From Octopus sinensis (Eukaryota), in assembly GCF_006345805.1 (NCBI RefSeq), contig NW_021831835.1, forward strand, positions 295 to 64,294: a DNA stretch of 64,000 nt, written 5' to 3'. The notes under the pieces are model-generated. The model was not told the DNA's origin and made no database searches. It worked only from the letters and a program-made list of their open reading frames with translations. Shown one piece after another: positions 1 to 12,120 of this stretch; within the stretch, counting starts at the first letter, position 1; the number at the start of each line of letters is the position of its first letter. The translations under genes were made by a program, and so were the position numbers.

Positions 1-305
1 GGCAAGTGTCTTCTGCTATAGCCCCGGGCCGACCAATGCCTTGTGAGTGGATTTGGTAGACGGAAACTGAAAGAAGCCTGTCGTATATATGTATATATAT
101 ATAAGTGTGTGTATATGTTTGTCCCCCTAGCATTGCTTGACAACCGATGCTGGTGTGTTTACGTCCCCGTCACCTAGCGGTTCGGCAAAAGAGACCGATA
201 GAATAAGTACTGGGCTTACAAAGATTAAGTCCCGGGGTCGATTTGCTCGACTAAAGGCGGTGCTCCAGCATGGCCGCAGTCAAATTTCTGAAACAAGTAA
301 AAAAA
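1..305 (+). mobile_element. tRNA-derived SINE family A, 3' part (head cut by window edge)
   Basis: Body GGCAAGTGTCTTCT...GGATTTGGTAGACGGAAACTGAAAGAAGCC and tail GCTTGACAACCGATGCTGG...GAAACAAGTAAAA match full copies at 35118 and 42703. Confidence 0.85.
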
Positions 306-611
306 AAATATTATCTAATGTGTTTTTCCTTACTTGCTCGACGGAAGTTATTGCTCGGAAGATTCCCCTGTTGTCTGCTCGCTCTGTATCAAGTTTCCAT
401 TTATTTAAACTATGATAAGAAATACTGGCTTCCTTTGTAAATGATTTCGCTATTGATACATCACATGTATATGTAAATGAGTGTGTGTTTGTGTGGTGTG
501 TATGTGTGTGTGTACTAATTTAAAACTTGTGCCAAAACTGTCCTGTTTTCTTCATCAATTAGTAGTAGTAGTAGTAGTAAGTAGTAGTAGTAGTAGTAGT
601 AGTAGCAAGCA

Positions 612-669
<58 letters not shown>

Positions 670-674
<5 letters not shown>

Positions 675-1550
675 AAAAAAAGTCAAGATAGAAAATGCTA
701 AAATAATTTTATAAAAAACATTTCAGTACCGGTTTCAGCCATTGAGACTTTTTCAACTGTAACAATTAAATAATTAAATTTAGAAAAATTAAAAGAAATG
801 TTTTCGTAAAAGAATATTTTTATAGAGTTCAAATACAAGTGGCATTTTCCTTGTTTCTGCCTGTCTCTGACTCTCTTGTTACTTTTGTGGGTTCGAGGTC
901 CTTGTGAATTCTTGGTAGGGAAGAAGAAGAAAAAAAGAAGGAGGAGGAGGAGAAGGGGAAGTAGAAGAAGAATTTGGGAGTGCCATGATAGTAGTATTTT
1001 GAATGGTCAGTGGATGGTAGCAGTCCCTGTTCAATTCATGAAAATATTTCTTTAGAATGTTTTGTTTATAGAATTTGCGTAGGTGTTATTCTAAAAAGCA
1101 TTAGTGACAGAGTTAGGAAGGAGAAGGGAGAAGAAGAAGAAGAAGAAGAAGAAGAAGAAGAAGAAGAAGAAGAAGAAGAAGAAGAAAGAAGAAGAGAAGA
1201 AGAAGAAGAAGAAGAAGAAAGAGAAGGGAGAATAAGAATGAATGTAGAAAGTAGTAAGGTGTTAAATGACTTAAAATTGGAAACCTAATGGATTATAGCA
1301 GTGATTAGCACTGTTTTTTTAATGAATTCTTGGGAATCGCTTGAGTGTATCATTTTTAATATTTGCGTATATATTTGTGTTATTCTAAGGCCGAGGTGGA
1401 TATGCCGTTTGTCGTAGACGCGTTCAGAAGGGGCCCGGGCGGTGAAAAAGTATTTAACGTTTCGAGCCTACGCTCTTCCATAGAAAGGAACACAGAAAGA
1501 AACAAGAAGAGAAAATAAAGAATGTGTAGTGGCTAGAGATCTATCATGTA
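670..1550 (-). mobile_element. Degenerate PLE-type terminal repeat fragments between (TA)n tracts, with (GAA)n insert
   Basis: Hammerhead-like motifs at 724-760 and 1453-1486 (minus); flanked by (TA)n; the 1453 motif family recurs at 44551. Confidence 0.45.
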
Positions 1551-1606
1551 TAATTATATATATATATATATACATACATATATGTATATATATATATATA
1601 TATATA

Positions 1607-2186
1607 CAAAATGAGAAAATGGAGAAACATACTTAAATCAATCAATCATCAACCATCAGATAATACCCAATCAATACTTTATTACACCATTACATAACAG
1701 CAATTATATTATACATAATATATTGCAAAATATAACTAGACATGAAATATAAATATAAATACAATTACATCATATCTGACAGCTGTTTCGGCTGTGAGAC
1801 AGTATGTCTCATTAACCTATTAGCCATATAAAGCAGGTATAAATGAGACATTAACAAGATGTCTCACGGCCTCTTCAGAGAATTTAATATAAGTGTGAAA
1901 AAATTACATATAATATAAAAATATAAAATATAAAAATGTGTGCATAGACACTCATAATTCTACACATATATATATACACATTAAACAATAATGCAATATA
2001 AACAAATATATCAGTATATATTAACAAACACAGTTATTTCCCATATTGGACTCCTAGTCCATAACTAACATCAAGGAAAAACTGTACACTCCATTTTAAA
2101 TTTAAAGCAGACATATATATATAAAACAATCCAGTTATTAAAAATGTATAACCATACAAAAAGTTAATAAAAAAATTAATATTAAT

Positions 2187-2220
<34 letters not shown>

Positions 2221-2230
2221 TAATAATAAT

Positions 2231-2262
<32 letters not shown>

Positions 2263-5195
2263 CAACCATGATTGTACCATGTAAAGCAAGCGGACATCTA
2301 CATATCAATAAGTCTAATTCATCTGTCCGCTTGATATTGATTTTCCTAGATAGATTCGATTGGCTTATAGTTTTAAATTTGAATCACAATGGAAATTTTA
2401 CGGTTAGTTAGTCAAGAAACGCACATATGCACACGCACATCCACAGATCCAGCGCACATACATACATAATTATATGTATACACACACAGATACACCCATA
2501 CACATACACACATACATAGCCACATACACAGCCAAATCATAAATAAATAATATAAGAGGTATAATCGTAACTATACACATGGAAAAACAGAGAAACCCAA
2601 CCGATTGCACATACATGCATGCAGACATCAAGCCCCACCAAAATGACACCAAGGCCGTGGTATTAACTAAGTAGATCCACTCACATATTTCCATAAAACA
2701 TTAATTGCAAAGATACATACAATTATATCAAGACATAGAATGTAATTTTTCATAAGGTACATAATTCATATGACACCGTATTTTTCGTAGCCATAGTATT
2801 TTATAACTAAAAGTCTGATAGCTTAACCGCTATATGCTATATTCAAACATACGCTAAATTATAAAGTATAGATTAAACATTTCCGTTTGACTATCAAAAG
2901 ACATAGGATTATACATATACTAAGTTAACATCGGTTTATAATAATTAAATTATAAGAGATTAATTGTAAGAAATCAAAATACGCTAATATTCTAGGATAT
3001 ATAAACAAAATAACTCCTTATAGCATAAATAGATATCATCTCTACGTAATAAATCCAATGTTATTATAATACTAATATTTATCTATCAAAACCCTTACCA
3101 ACGAACTAATAGAATTACACTCACATCTACATGCCCATATGCATACTCATGTGTAACAACAGACATACACATACACACCATATATTTTCACATGTGATGT
3201 GCGTGTAAAGATTCATAGTACTTATATATAAATATACTTTTAAGCATCAGTGGACACATAAATACAAATGTAATAATTAACAGGATTTGGCATTAAATAA
3301 TATCAGTGGAGGACTCACCAATAAAATAGTATATAAGTAAATAACAAAAATTAAATTAATTAAGTTAACAATTGTAATTACTTAAGATTAAAATGTAATA
3401 AAATAAAATAACGAAATAATTAAAATTAAAATGAGAATATAGTACAAAGCTAGTATACATGTATCTATATTTTATTATATAAATAATGGATATGTATGTA
3501 TATATCTACATATAAATAAATAAATGAATAAATAAATAGATAAATACCATAGAAAACAAATTAAGATAAATACAAAGGTACACCTAATATATAGTAATGC
3601 TAATATGTATATATCCACATATGCATAAAAGAATATATAGATAAATAAATAACATGAAATAAAATGAAGATATATATTGAAAAAAGTACATATATAAACT
3701 TAGTATACAGGCTACTATTGTAAACATTTACCTATAGATAATGAATAATAAATATAAATAGATAAATAACTTAATGTACAAACCAAGATGAGTACAAATA
3801 TACTAAATATATATAAGACTGCTAATATGTATAAGCCAAATGTAAGTAAATGAATAGGTTTTATTAATAAAGCATAAATACAAATTTAGATGAGTACAAT
3901 ATACACTAAATATACAATATATAAGCCTGCCAAATAATACCACCTGAAAAAACCCATATACTCATCCAAAACAAACAAAATCCAATATAGACTCTCATTT
4001 ATTACATATTAGTATACAGTATCTAAAACCCAGGTATCTAACTATGATACTCATACACACTCTGCAATTTTGGAAAACTCCAAGAATATCATATTACTGT
4101 GTATATACCAAAATGTATATATTCTTTCTTGCCGCAGTGTATTTCCCTTATAAACCAGGACAAAAAACCAAAAACAAAAAACAATTAATACAGGACATAT
4201 ATATTTATATACATGTGTATCTACAAAATTATATAAAATTATAAATTTATAAGTTGCATGTTTTAAAATTGTAGAAGACTACTAGTATAACTAGATACAG
4301 AGGAGAGTTAAAATATAGTAGAAAAGCTAAGTTATATTTAAATCTAGAGAAAGTGTACGGTAGTTTATGAATGCAAAAAAATTTTTTTTCATTTATATTA
4401 TTAATAATAGGCCTACCCGCTTTCATAATGAAAAAAATTTCATTAATACATAGAGAGCATTTTATATTTTTTCCATTATACACAGGTGCAGAAGTTAGTA
4501 TTTTCCAATTTAATTTAAAATCTAAGTTCTTACTTTTGAGTTCCCAAATATACGCACTTAACCCCGTAGAGTACATCCTATTTTTATTTCTAAAAGTATA
4601 TCTATGATAAGTAAGTCTCTGTTTCATGCTATTCATAGTTGCTCCGATGTATACCCTACTACTAAATTGTGTATCCACAGTGCATTGATAAACTACCTCT
4701 TTCTTGAGGCATTGATCGCCAAACACACATTTATTTCTGTTTCTGAAATTACAGTTATCAACAGGTTGGGGTAATCTAACATTGGCCAACATTCCTGTAA
4801 CACCATTCCCATTAGTAGTGTTACAATTATTTATACTATCCAATCCCAAATTCAACGAAGGATTTGATTTATCATTATTGGCGATATTCCTGTCAATAGT
4901 AATAGTATTGGTGGTAGTGGTATCATCTATTACATTAATATTTTTCCTTACAGGTACGGTACCATCATAATTTGTTACATTAATATTTTTCCTTACAGGT
5001 ACGGTACCATCATAACTTGTAAGAGGGTTGTTCGCGTTAGCTCCAAAAGATATATTGTTCCTACTTTTATAGAGAGGCAAATTACTATTATCTAAATTCA
5101 ACTTTCTATCATTATAGAAGTAATCCAGTTTCCTGTTATTAAAAGAGGAGATGATGGTGGCTAGATTGATGGTGGCATTGACAGTTACAAAACCA
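1607..5195 (-). mobile_element. Penelope-like element, RT-less/5'-truncated: GIY-YIG ORF, long AT-rich 3' region, terminal hammerhead
   Basis: ORF and hammerhead on same strand; ends in (TA)n at ~1550-1606; boundaries approximate. Confidence 0.6.
1770..1885 (-). ncRNA. Type I minimal hammerhead ribozyme motif with extended stem II
   Basis: Minus strand: CTGAAGA (1878-1872), stem II GGCCGTGAGACA/TGTCTCACAGCC (11/12 bp), GAAAC-AGCT-GTC (1789-1778), short stem I TCT/AGA. Confidence 0.75.
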
Positions 5196-5212
5196 ACACA
5201 ACGAGGCACCAC
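4247..5212 (-). CDS. PLE GIY-YIG endonuclease ORF (no RT domain)
   Basis: NLATIISSFNNRKL linker start; CNFRNRNKCVFGDQCLKKEVVYQ...VYIGAT...KQRLTYH...LSAYIWELK...NWKIL...KCSLCINE...CIHK, typical of C-terminal PLE endonucleases; GTG start lies at junction with mariner relic. Confidence 0.8.
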   Translation of the reverse strand: MVPRCVGFVTVNATINLATIISSFNNRKLDYFYNDRKLNLDNSNLPLYKSRNNISFGANANNPLTSYDGTVPVRKNINVTNYDGTVPVRKNINVIDDTTTTNTITIDRNIANNDKSNPSLNLGLDSINNCNTTNGNGVTGMLANVRLPQPVDNCNFRNRNKCVFGDQCLKKEVVYQCTVDTQFSSRVYIGATMNSMKQRLTYHRYTFRNKNRMYSTGLSAYIWELKSKNLDFKLNWKILTSAPVYNGKNIKCSLCINEIFFIMKAGRPIINNINEKKFFCIHKLPYTFSRFKYNLAFLLYFNSPLYLVILVVFYNFKTCNL

Positions 5213-5932
5213 TAATGGAAGAACACCTTTCGTATAGAAACCAAAGATGGGCGTTTTTATTCTAGCACTGACTTAAGCACCTCAAATGGCTCGCAGGAGA
5301 TCTCGTTCCTTATCGTTTGGTTTGGGTTTAACAGTTCAAAGGGGACTAAACATTTCATATCCCTACAAACAGATAACAACACTTTATGTGGGAGAAGACC
5401 TTCTTAAAGCCTGGGGTGCTGGTATTTCTCCTTTCCCTACCCATTGTCTTCGACGCTTGGCATTTTTATAGAGAACCTATTTATCTTCACCAGTCACTAT
5501 TCGGTCCCAAACGGGTTCATTAGTGAGACGTGACAGCAAAGAAGAACACACATTCACTCTCTGAGCGCGATTAGATTCGGGAAGTTTTTGAGGAATCTTT
5601 TGACCCAATTTGCTGACTTTTCGATGTCACGTTGAATGGTTGAATTACCAAATCCAAGCTTCTCTGCTAGTTCCTCAAAAGTAACAATAGGATTTTCTTC
5701 CTCCAGGATTTGCAGGAGGTCCTCGTCGAGCTCTAAAGATCTTCCAGGACGATGCTCTTCTAGGCTTCAGTTTCCGGCTCGGAATTTCTGGCCCCACCAT
5801 TAACACTGGCTTACACTTATTGTCCGATTCTCATATATGGCATTAATATTCCTCGCACTTTCAGTTGTGCTATTGCCTTTTATTGAACTCATAAAGGAAA
5901 ATATGCCGAAAATGCTTCTTTGTCACTTCCAT
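5212..5932 (-). pseudogene. mariner transposase relic, N-terminal ~240 codons
   Basis: MEVTKKHFRHIFLYEFNK..., RPGRSLELD, RIVTGEDK*VLY, PHKVLLSVCRDMK, KRPSLVSIRKVFFH*; several stops and frameshifts. Confidence 0.85.
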
Positions 5933-6489
5933 TATAGCTTTCAAAAAATAACTGTTAAAATCGAACTGCACATGTATGTATGTGTGTATGTATATATGTA
6001 TTATGTATGTATGTATTTATGTTTGTATGTATGTAAATATTACGAGATTCTGCTGTGCTGATTGATTTTTGTTTTCTTAGCAGCAGTCACTGACGCAGCC
6101 ATTTTGTTTTCTGTATGTGTATTTATAAAATAGACATAGCACCGCACGCACGTAAACACGTACGGGAATATGATTATAGATATGCACAACCAACTCGAGA
6201 AGCTCACACGTGTACATACATATACATACAAACATGACGATAGGACATGCCCAAACATTCACAGACAAATGCGACTGTCAACTGCACTTAAACTGATATA
6301 GAGAGGGGGAGAGGGAGACAGACATAGACAGAGGAAGATATGTAAAGAAGAAAGAGGATAGGAGAGAGCGGTATAAGAAAGAGAAAATAGAAATTAATTG
6401 ATGGTTGGAGAAAGGAGACAAGAAGTGGACGAAAGGACGAAAGGAACGAAAATGTGTATGCGTAGGTGTACAAGGCAGTGAGAGTGAGA

Positions 6490-6975
6490 GATGGAGAAAG
6501 GGAAGAAGAGGAAGAAGAAAAAGAAGAGGAAGATAAAGAAGAAGAAGAAAAAGAAGAAGAAAAAGAAGAAGAAGAAGAAGAAGAAGAAGAAGAAGAAGGA
6601 GATGAAAAATAAGAAGAAGAAGAAGAAGAACGATGAGAAGAAGAAGAAGAAGAAGAAGAAGAAGAAGAAGGAGATGAAAAAGAAGAAGAAGATGAAGAAA
6701 AGGAGAAGAAGGAGAAGAAGGAGAAGAAGAAAGAGAAGAAGAAGAATGAGAAAGAGGAGAAAGAGAAGAAGGAGATGAAAAAGAAGAAAGAGAAGGAGAA
6801 GAAGAAGAAGAATGAGAAAGAGGAGAAAGAGAAGGAGATGAAAAAGAAGAAGAAGAAGAAGAAGAAGAAGAAGAAAAAGAAGAAGAAGAAGAAGAAGAAG
6901 AAGAAGAAGAAGAAGAAGAAGAAGAGAAGAAGAAGAGAAAAAGAAGAAGAAGAAGGAGGAGGAGGAAGAAGATGA
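6490..6975. repeat. (GAA)n/(GAG)n purine-rich compound microsatellite
   Basis: Direct inspection. Confidence 0.95.
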
Positions 6976-7253
6976 CGTGGTGCTGTGTTTTGTTTACACA
7001 TCAAGGCCTCGATATTGCACACTGAGGTCCTCCAGATTTGCCGATAGACGTGACACGGCAGCAGCCCCTTCTCCCATCGATTCCATGCACACGCAAGCGC
7101 ACACAGGAGACAGTGACGTAACATAGAGGAAGATAAGTCATATGCGCCGCAGTTGCTCAAATCCAACATCAACTGTCAGTAATGGATGATTACAGCTTTA
7201 TTATTTGACCCCATCGCTGCCCTCGGCCTTTCCCACTGTCCTGAGCCTTGTAT

Positions 7254-7292
<39 letters not shown>

Positions 7293-7429
7293 TTTGCGTG
7301 CTTGTTTATTTTATTCATTTTAGTAAAAACCAACATTGGAGATTCTCTATTTACTGTCACACAGTAATTTGAAATCTAACTTCATTCAAGGGGTTATTAT
7401 AGTATTTTCCTATGATTTATTTCTTTACA

Positions 7430-7494
7430 ACAACAACAACAACACCAGCGACAATAACATTAACAATAATAATAATAATAATAATAATAATATA

Positions 7495-7540
<46 letters not shown>

Positions 7541-7604
7541 AATAATAATAATGATGCTATGATAATAATAATATATAATATTAATAATGATGATGATGAT
7601 GATG

Positions 7605-7643
<39 letters not shown>

Positions 7644-7651
7644 TAATAATA

Positions 7652-7684
<33 letters not shown>

Positions 7685-7757
7685 TGATAATAATTATTAT
7701 TGTTGTTTCAGTTGCTATTATTACGATTATCGTGTGTGTTTGTGTGTGTATGTGTGT

Positions 7758-7793
<36 letters not shown>

Positions 7794-8058
7794 TGTGTGT
7801 ATGTATATATATGTGTGTGCGTGTGTGTGTGTGTGTTATATTACATTATATAATATCATATATATATATATTTATACATATACATATATACATATATACA
7901 TATATACATACATATATATGTACACACACACATTTGTATTATATATATATATGTAAGTATATATATGTGTGTGTGTGTTGTTACCTTATAAAATATCATA
8001 TATATATATACATATATATACATATATACATATATATATATATGTACACACACATTTG

Positions 8059-8094
<36 letters not shown>

Positions 8095-8120
8095 ATATAT
8101 ATATATATAATGTACATAAT
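7430..8120. repeat. (AAT)n followed by (TA)n/(TG)n compound microsatellite
   Basis: Direct inspection. Confidence 0.95.
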
Positions 8121-8819
8121 ATTTTGTATGTGCATATAATTTTTTTTTCATATAAAATATATAAAAAGCGTCAGAATTTCATTATATTTTGCTGGGTTTT
8201 TTCATTGTTGCTGTTGATGCTTTTCATTCTTTGTTTTGCTTTCATTGTCTCCGTTGCTCTTGCAGTTGTTTTGATTAAATTTTGCAGAGAGACAGAAAAT
8301 CAGCTAATACGACAGGAATTTGCGTCTGTCGCACTTTTCGCAAACTAACCGTTTAAATTAAATTCAGTCCAACGTTTTATTATTAGAAATTGTCGCAGAG
8401 TTTCTGGCTCAAAATTGATCCATTTTTCTGACGTTACAAATCTCAAGCCTTCCTGTTCAATTTCGCAATAGAAAACTAATATTGCTGTTTACAAAAGACA
8501 TACCAAAGGACAAGATAGCCCGAGGTAACAAAAAACCAAAACAAAATGTTAAAAAAGAAAAATTCTTAAATGCATAAAGAACTGTTGTTGAAAGGGGAAA
8601 TTGCAATCCCACATACATGCTTGGCGATTATACAGGATAAAAAATATAGTTGAACCATTTCGGGTGTAATATTAAATTAAACAGACGAGTCAAGAGATAA
8701 GTGCTGATACTAGGAGACAGCAGTGGTGGGACCCGGTATATATGAATATAAAAATAAATGTGTATATATATATATATATTATACATATAGACATATATTA
8801 CATACATAATACATATGTA

Positions 8820-8886
<67 letters not shown>

Positions 8887-9646
8887 ATATATATATATGT
8901 GTATATACACGTATACAATATATATATTTATTTATGCATATATATGTATATATACATATGTATGCAAGTATGTATATACACATACATATATACACATATA
9001 TATGTGGATATATATATATATATACACGCACACACATATATATGTATACGCACACCCATACACACATATGAGTATATATATGCGTCTGTGTGTGTATCTG
9101 TGTACGCGCGTGCGAATTGTATAAAAGAATGCGTGATTGGGTCCAGGAAGTACGCAAACGTGAAAAGGGATGGCGTTGGTAATATTTTGAACCCTTCTGT
9201 AAACAAAACATTGGCATTTCTTTAAGTAAATAAACACGGAGACAACCGTCTTCTGTTATTATAAATGGAATGCCGAAGTGGCTAACACTGGACGAAATAT
9301 GGTTCGGTTAAAGTATTTATGAAACAATGAGATGGAACAATCTAGACGTAAGGGGAAGGCCAAAAACACACTAAAATCAGTGAGAAGGAAACACGCAATG
9401 AACATACTACAAAAAAAAACGTGTTTGAAATAAGAATATGTAGCAAATCCTTAAGAGAATGGAGGAAATGTAGAAAGAAGGTTGTGTGAAATGTTTGTGG
9501 GACACAGAAAAAAACATTGACGGGTGATGGTGTTGGGTGTCCCGGCTTGCTATTGTCGCTAAAGTGTCTCCTTCTCTCGCACCCATATATACGTCCACAC
9601 AAGCATATATATATCTGCATGTGTGTGAGTTTGTGTGTGTGTGTGT

Positions 9647-9682
<36 letters not shown>

Positions 9683-9871
9683 GTCTGTGTGTGTATGTAT
9701 GTGTGTATTGGGGCAGGCGTGTGTGGGGCATGGGCTTAAAATTGTCCAATAGGCTTTCATGAGTCAGAAAAAACTGAAATCTATCCTCCTACCTAACTAT
9801 CAATCAATCATCAATCAATCAATCAATTAATCAACCAACTTGTCAATCTATTTATCAATCTGTTTCTCCCG

Positions 9872-9908
<37 letters not shown>

Positions 9909-9921
9909 TATGTATATATAT

Positions 9922-9955
<34 letters not shown>

Positions 9956-10941
9956 CTATAATGGAGAATGCTGCTTATTATTTAGGGTATAAGCACTAAA
10001 AGAAAGCAATTATTAAAGGGTTGACCGTTTGCAAATATTTTTTATAAATTCATTGTTCTAAGAAAGTTTCTATAATTTCGATTTCTCGAGTTTACTGAAT
10101 TTTTTAACTCCAAGTTCTTGCATATTTAAATATTCATTGCATTCACTGCGGAGTATTCCAGTTTTATTTGCAAAGTTTCACTTCCTCTTTTAATGTTTTT
10201 ATTTCAAGTTTTAATTCACTATTTTGAGAACTGGTAGTTTATTCTATTAATGTATACGTAATGTAAAAACATTATTTTCTGAATGAAAATTGTTTTAAAG
10301 ACCCGTATAACTTTTGTAAAAAAAATATGAGTGATTTTGTTGTTTCGGCTGTTTGGAACGCTATAAGCTTTATAATGATAACTATCCTATTGTAACCATT
10401 TTCCCTTTTCACTCTTACATGTATTGATATTTTTTCAATATTTTCCCCCCATTAAACATATTTTATGGAATAACGATGCCGAAGTAACACACGCGTGGTC
10501 CATTGGTGAAAAAGAAACAACAAAATGAATTGTAATTGTTACCCCCAGCCTCGCTTTGAAACTGCGACCTGTTCACTGACAAAACTTCGTGCTAATCACT
10601 TTTGTAAAGTTTTCTCAGTGAACAGGTCGCGGTTTCAAAGCGACGGAAATATTTTGACACAAATTTAATTTAAATGTTGAAATCAAACTAACAGTTTTTG
10701 TGTGTTCTTGAATAGCTTACAAACATATTCCACGCTGCAATTGTACTTGTTTCAGCACACTAAGATCAAGTCACTTGCTATGCAAGTACTTCTCTGTAAT
10801 TTTTTTTAAATCACTGTGGATAAATGCCAGCGATGTCCTTCTCAGGCTCTCCAATATTTTAAAGTCTAAACAGAAACAATCGGGGGCAGGGTAATATTTT
10901 GAACTCTTCTGTAAACAAAACATTGGCATTTCTTTAAGTAA

Positions 10942-11284
10942 TTTGAATGCGGCCATGCTGGAGCACCGCCCTTAGTCGATCAAATCGACCCCAGTACTTA
11001 TTCTTTGTAAGCCTAGTACTTATTCTATCGGTTCCTTTTGCCGAACCACTACGTTACGGAGACGTAAACATACCACCATCGGTTGTCAAGCAATGTTGGG
11101 GGGTACAAACACAGACAAACATATACGCACACATACATATATATACATATATACGACGTGCTTCTTTCAGTTTCCGTCAACCAAATCTACTCACAAGGCT
11201 TTTTCGGCCCGAGGCTATAGTAGTAGACACTTGCTCAAGGTGCCATGTGGTTGGTAAGCAAGCTACTTACCACACATCACTCCT
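10942..11284 (-). mobile_element. SINE family A, B-box segment deleted
   Basis: Head AGGAGTGATGTGTGGTAAGTAGCTTGCTTACCAACCACATGG joins directly to CACCTTGAGCAAG, lacking the TTCCGGGTTCAGTCCCACTGCGTGG present at 42703. Confidence 0.85.
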
Positions 11285-12068
11285 ACGGCTATTACCGATT
11301 GACCGTCGTCCCTTGTCCCGACCGCTGGTTGGCCAAGCTGGTGCACTTGCTCTTCAACTTTCTGTAGAAGGGTCAGGTACCACTGGTCAGGTGCTCCATC
11401 TGCTGTCGACAGCCGCTGAACGGAGGCCTTGGCATGCCGTGGTTGCTGATGCGCTGACATGCACTCAGGCTATGGCATATTAAGCTTTTCCTGGACGGTG
11501 AACAGGTGTGGTCGCGTATCGGACGGATCAGGCTAACAGCTGAATCCATAGTGAAGATTGCACCGCCGACCTCCTTTAACCGGGAGGCAATTTTCCTTTG
11601 TCTAGTGGTTGTAGCGAAAGAGGTGGTATGGTGGACCCATTTGAAAGGCCTAAAGTCATACACTTTCCTCTTTGGCCAAGGCCTCAGCAACTTTTTCAAG
11701 TTCCACTTCAAAAGGAAGATGAAGTGCTGTCTCATAGCAAATTTAGTGAAAGGTGGGTGAATGTCTGTAAAATGGTCAGTATGAACAGACCAATTCTGAG
11801 ATTACACCTGTAAAAAAAAGGTAATATAAAAGGAGAAGGGGTTCTCTACCCCTTTTTGACCAGGCTCCCGTGGCTTTTATGGGTTTTTCCACGAGTAACC
11901 TTTCGAAGTGCCTCCCCCTATTGGAAGTTCTTTATAATTGTTACATTTTTTGCTGTTTTCTAATGCTTACACGGACCTTTCTATCGGACAAAACCCTTTG
12001 TACTTTTCGTCCTTACAGGTTTTTTGACTTATGTTAGCACTTGTGGCCAATAAAACCATAATTTATTA

Positions 12069-12120
<52 letters not shown>
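11285..12120 (+). mobile_element. L1/Tx1-like LINE 3' fragment (ORF2 C-terminus, 3' UTR, (ATT)n tail)
   Basis: YYRLTVVPCP...LFNFL*KG...PLNGGLGMPW (thumb region), then RIGRIRLTAESIVKIAPP...KEVVWWTHLKG...RWVNVCKM; AATAAA before (ATT)n. Confidence 0.7.

Noticed and set aside
5190-5932. Possible mariner-GIY-YIG fusion gene
   Set aside because: The mariner part has several stops and frameshifts and ends (VFFH*) in a different frame from the endonuclease ORF; best read as nested insertion
6288-7172. 294-aa Phe/Ser ORF and opposite poly-Lys/Glu ORFs
   Set aside because: (GAA)n microsatellite; the Glu frame has a stop near 6610
9280-9390. RTE-like RxGRPK C-terminal motif
   Set aside because: Needs a frameshift and matches only a few residues
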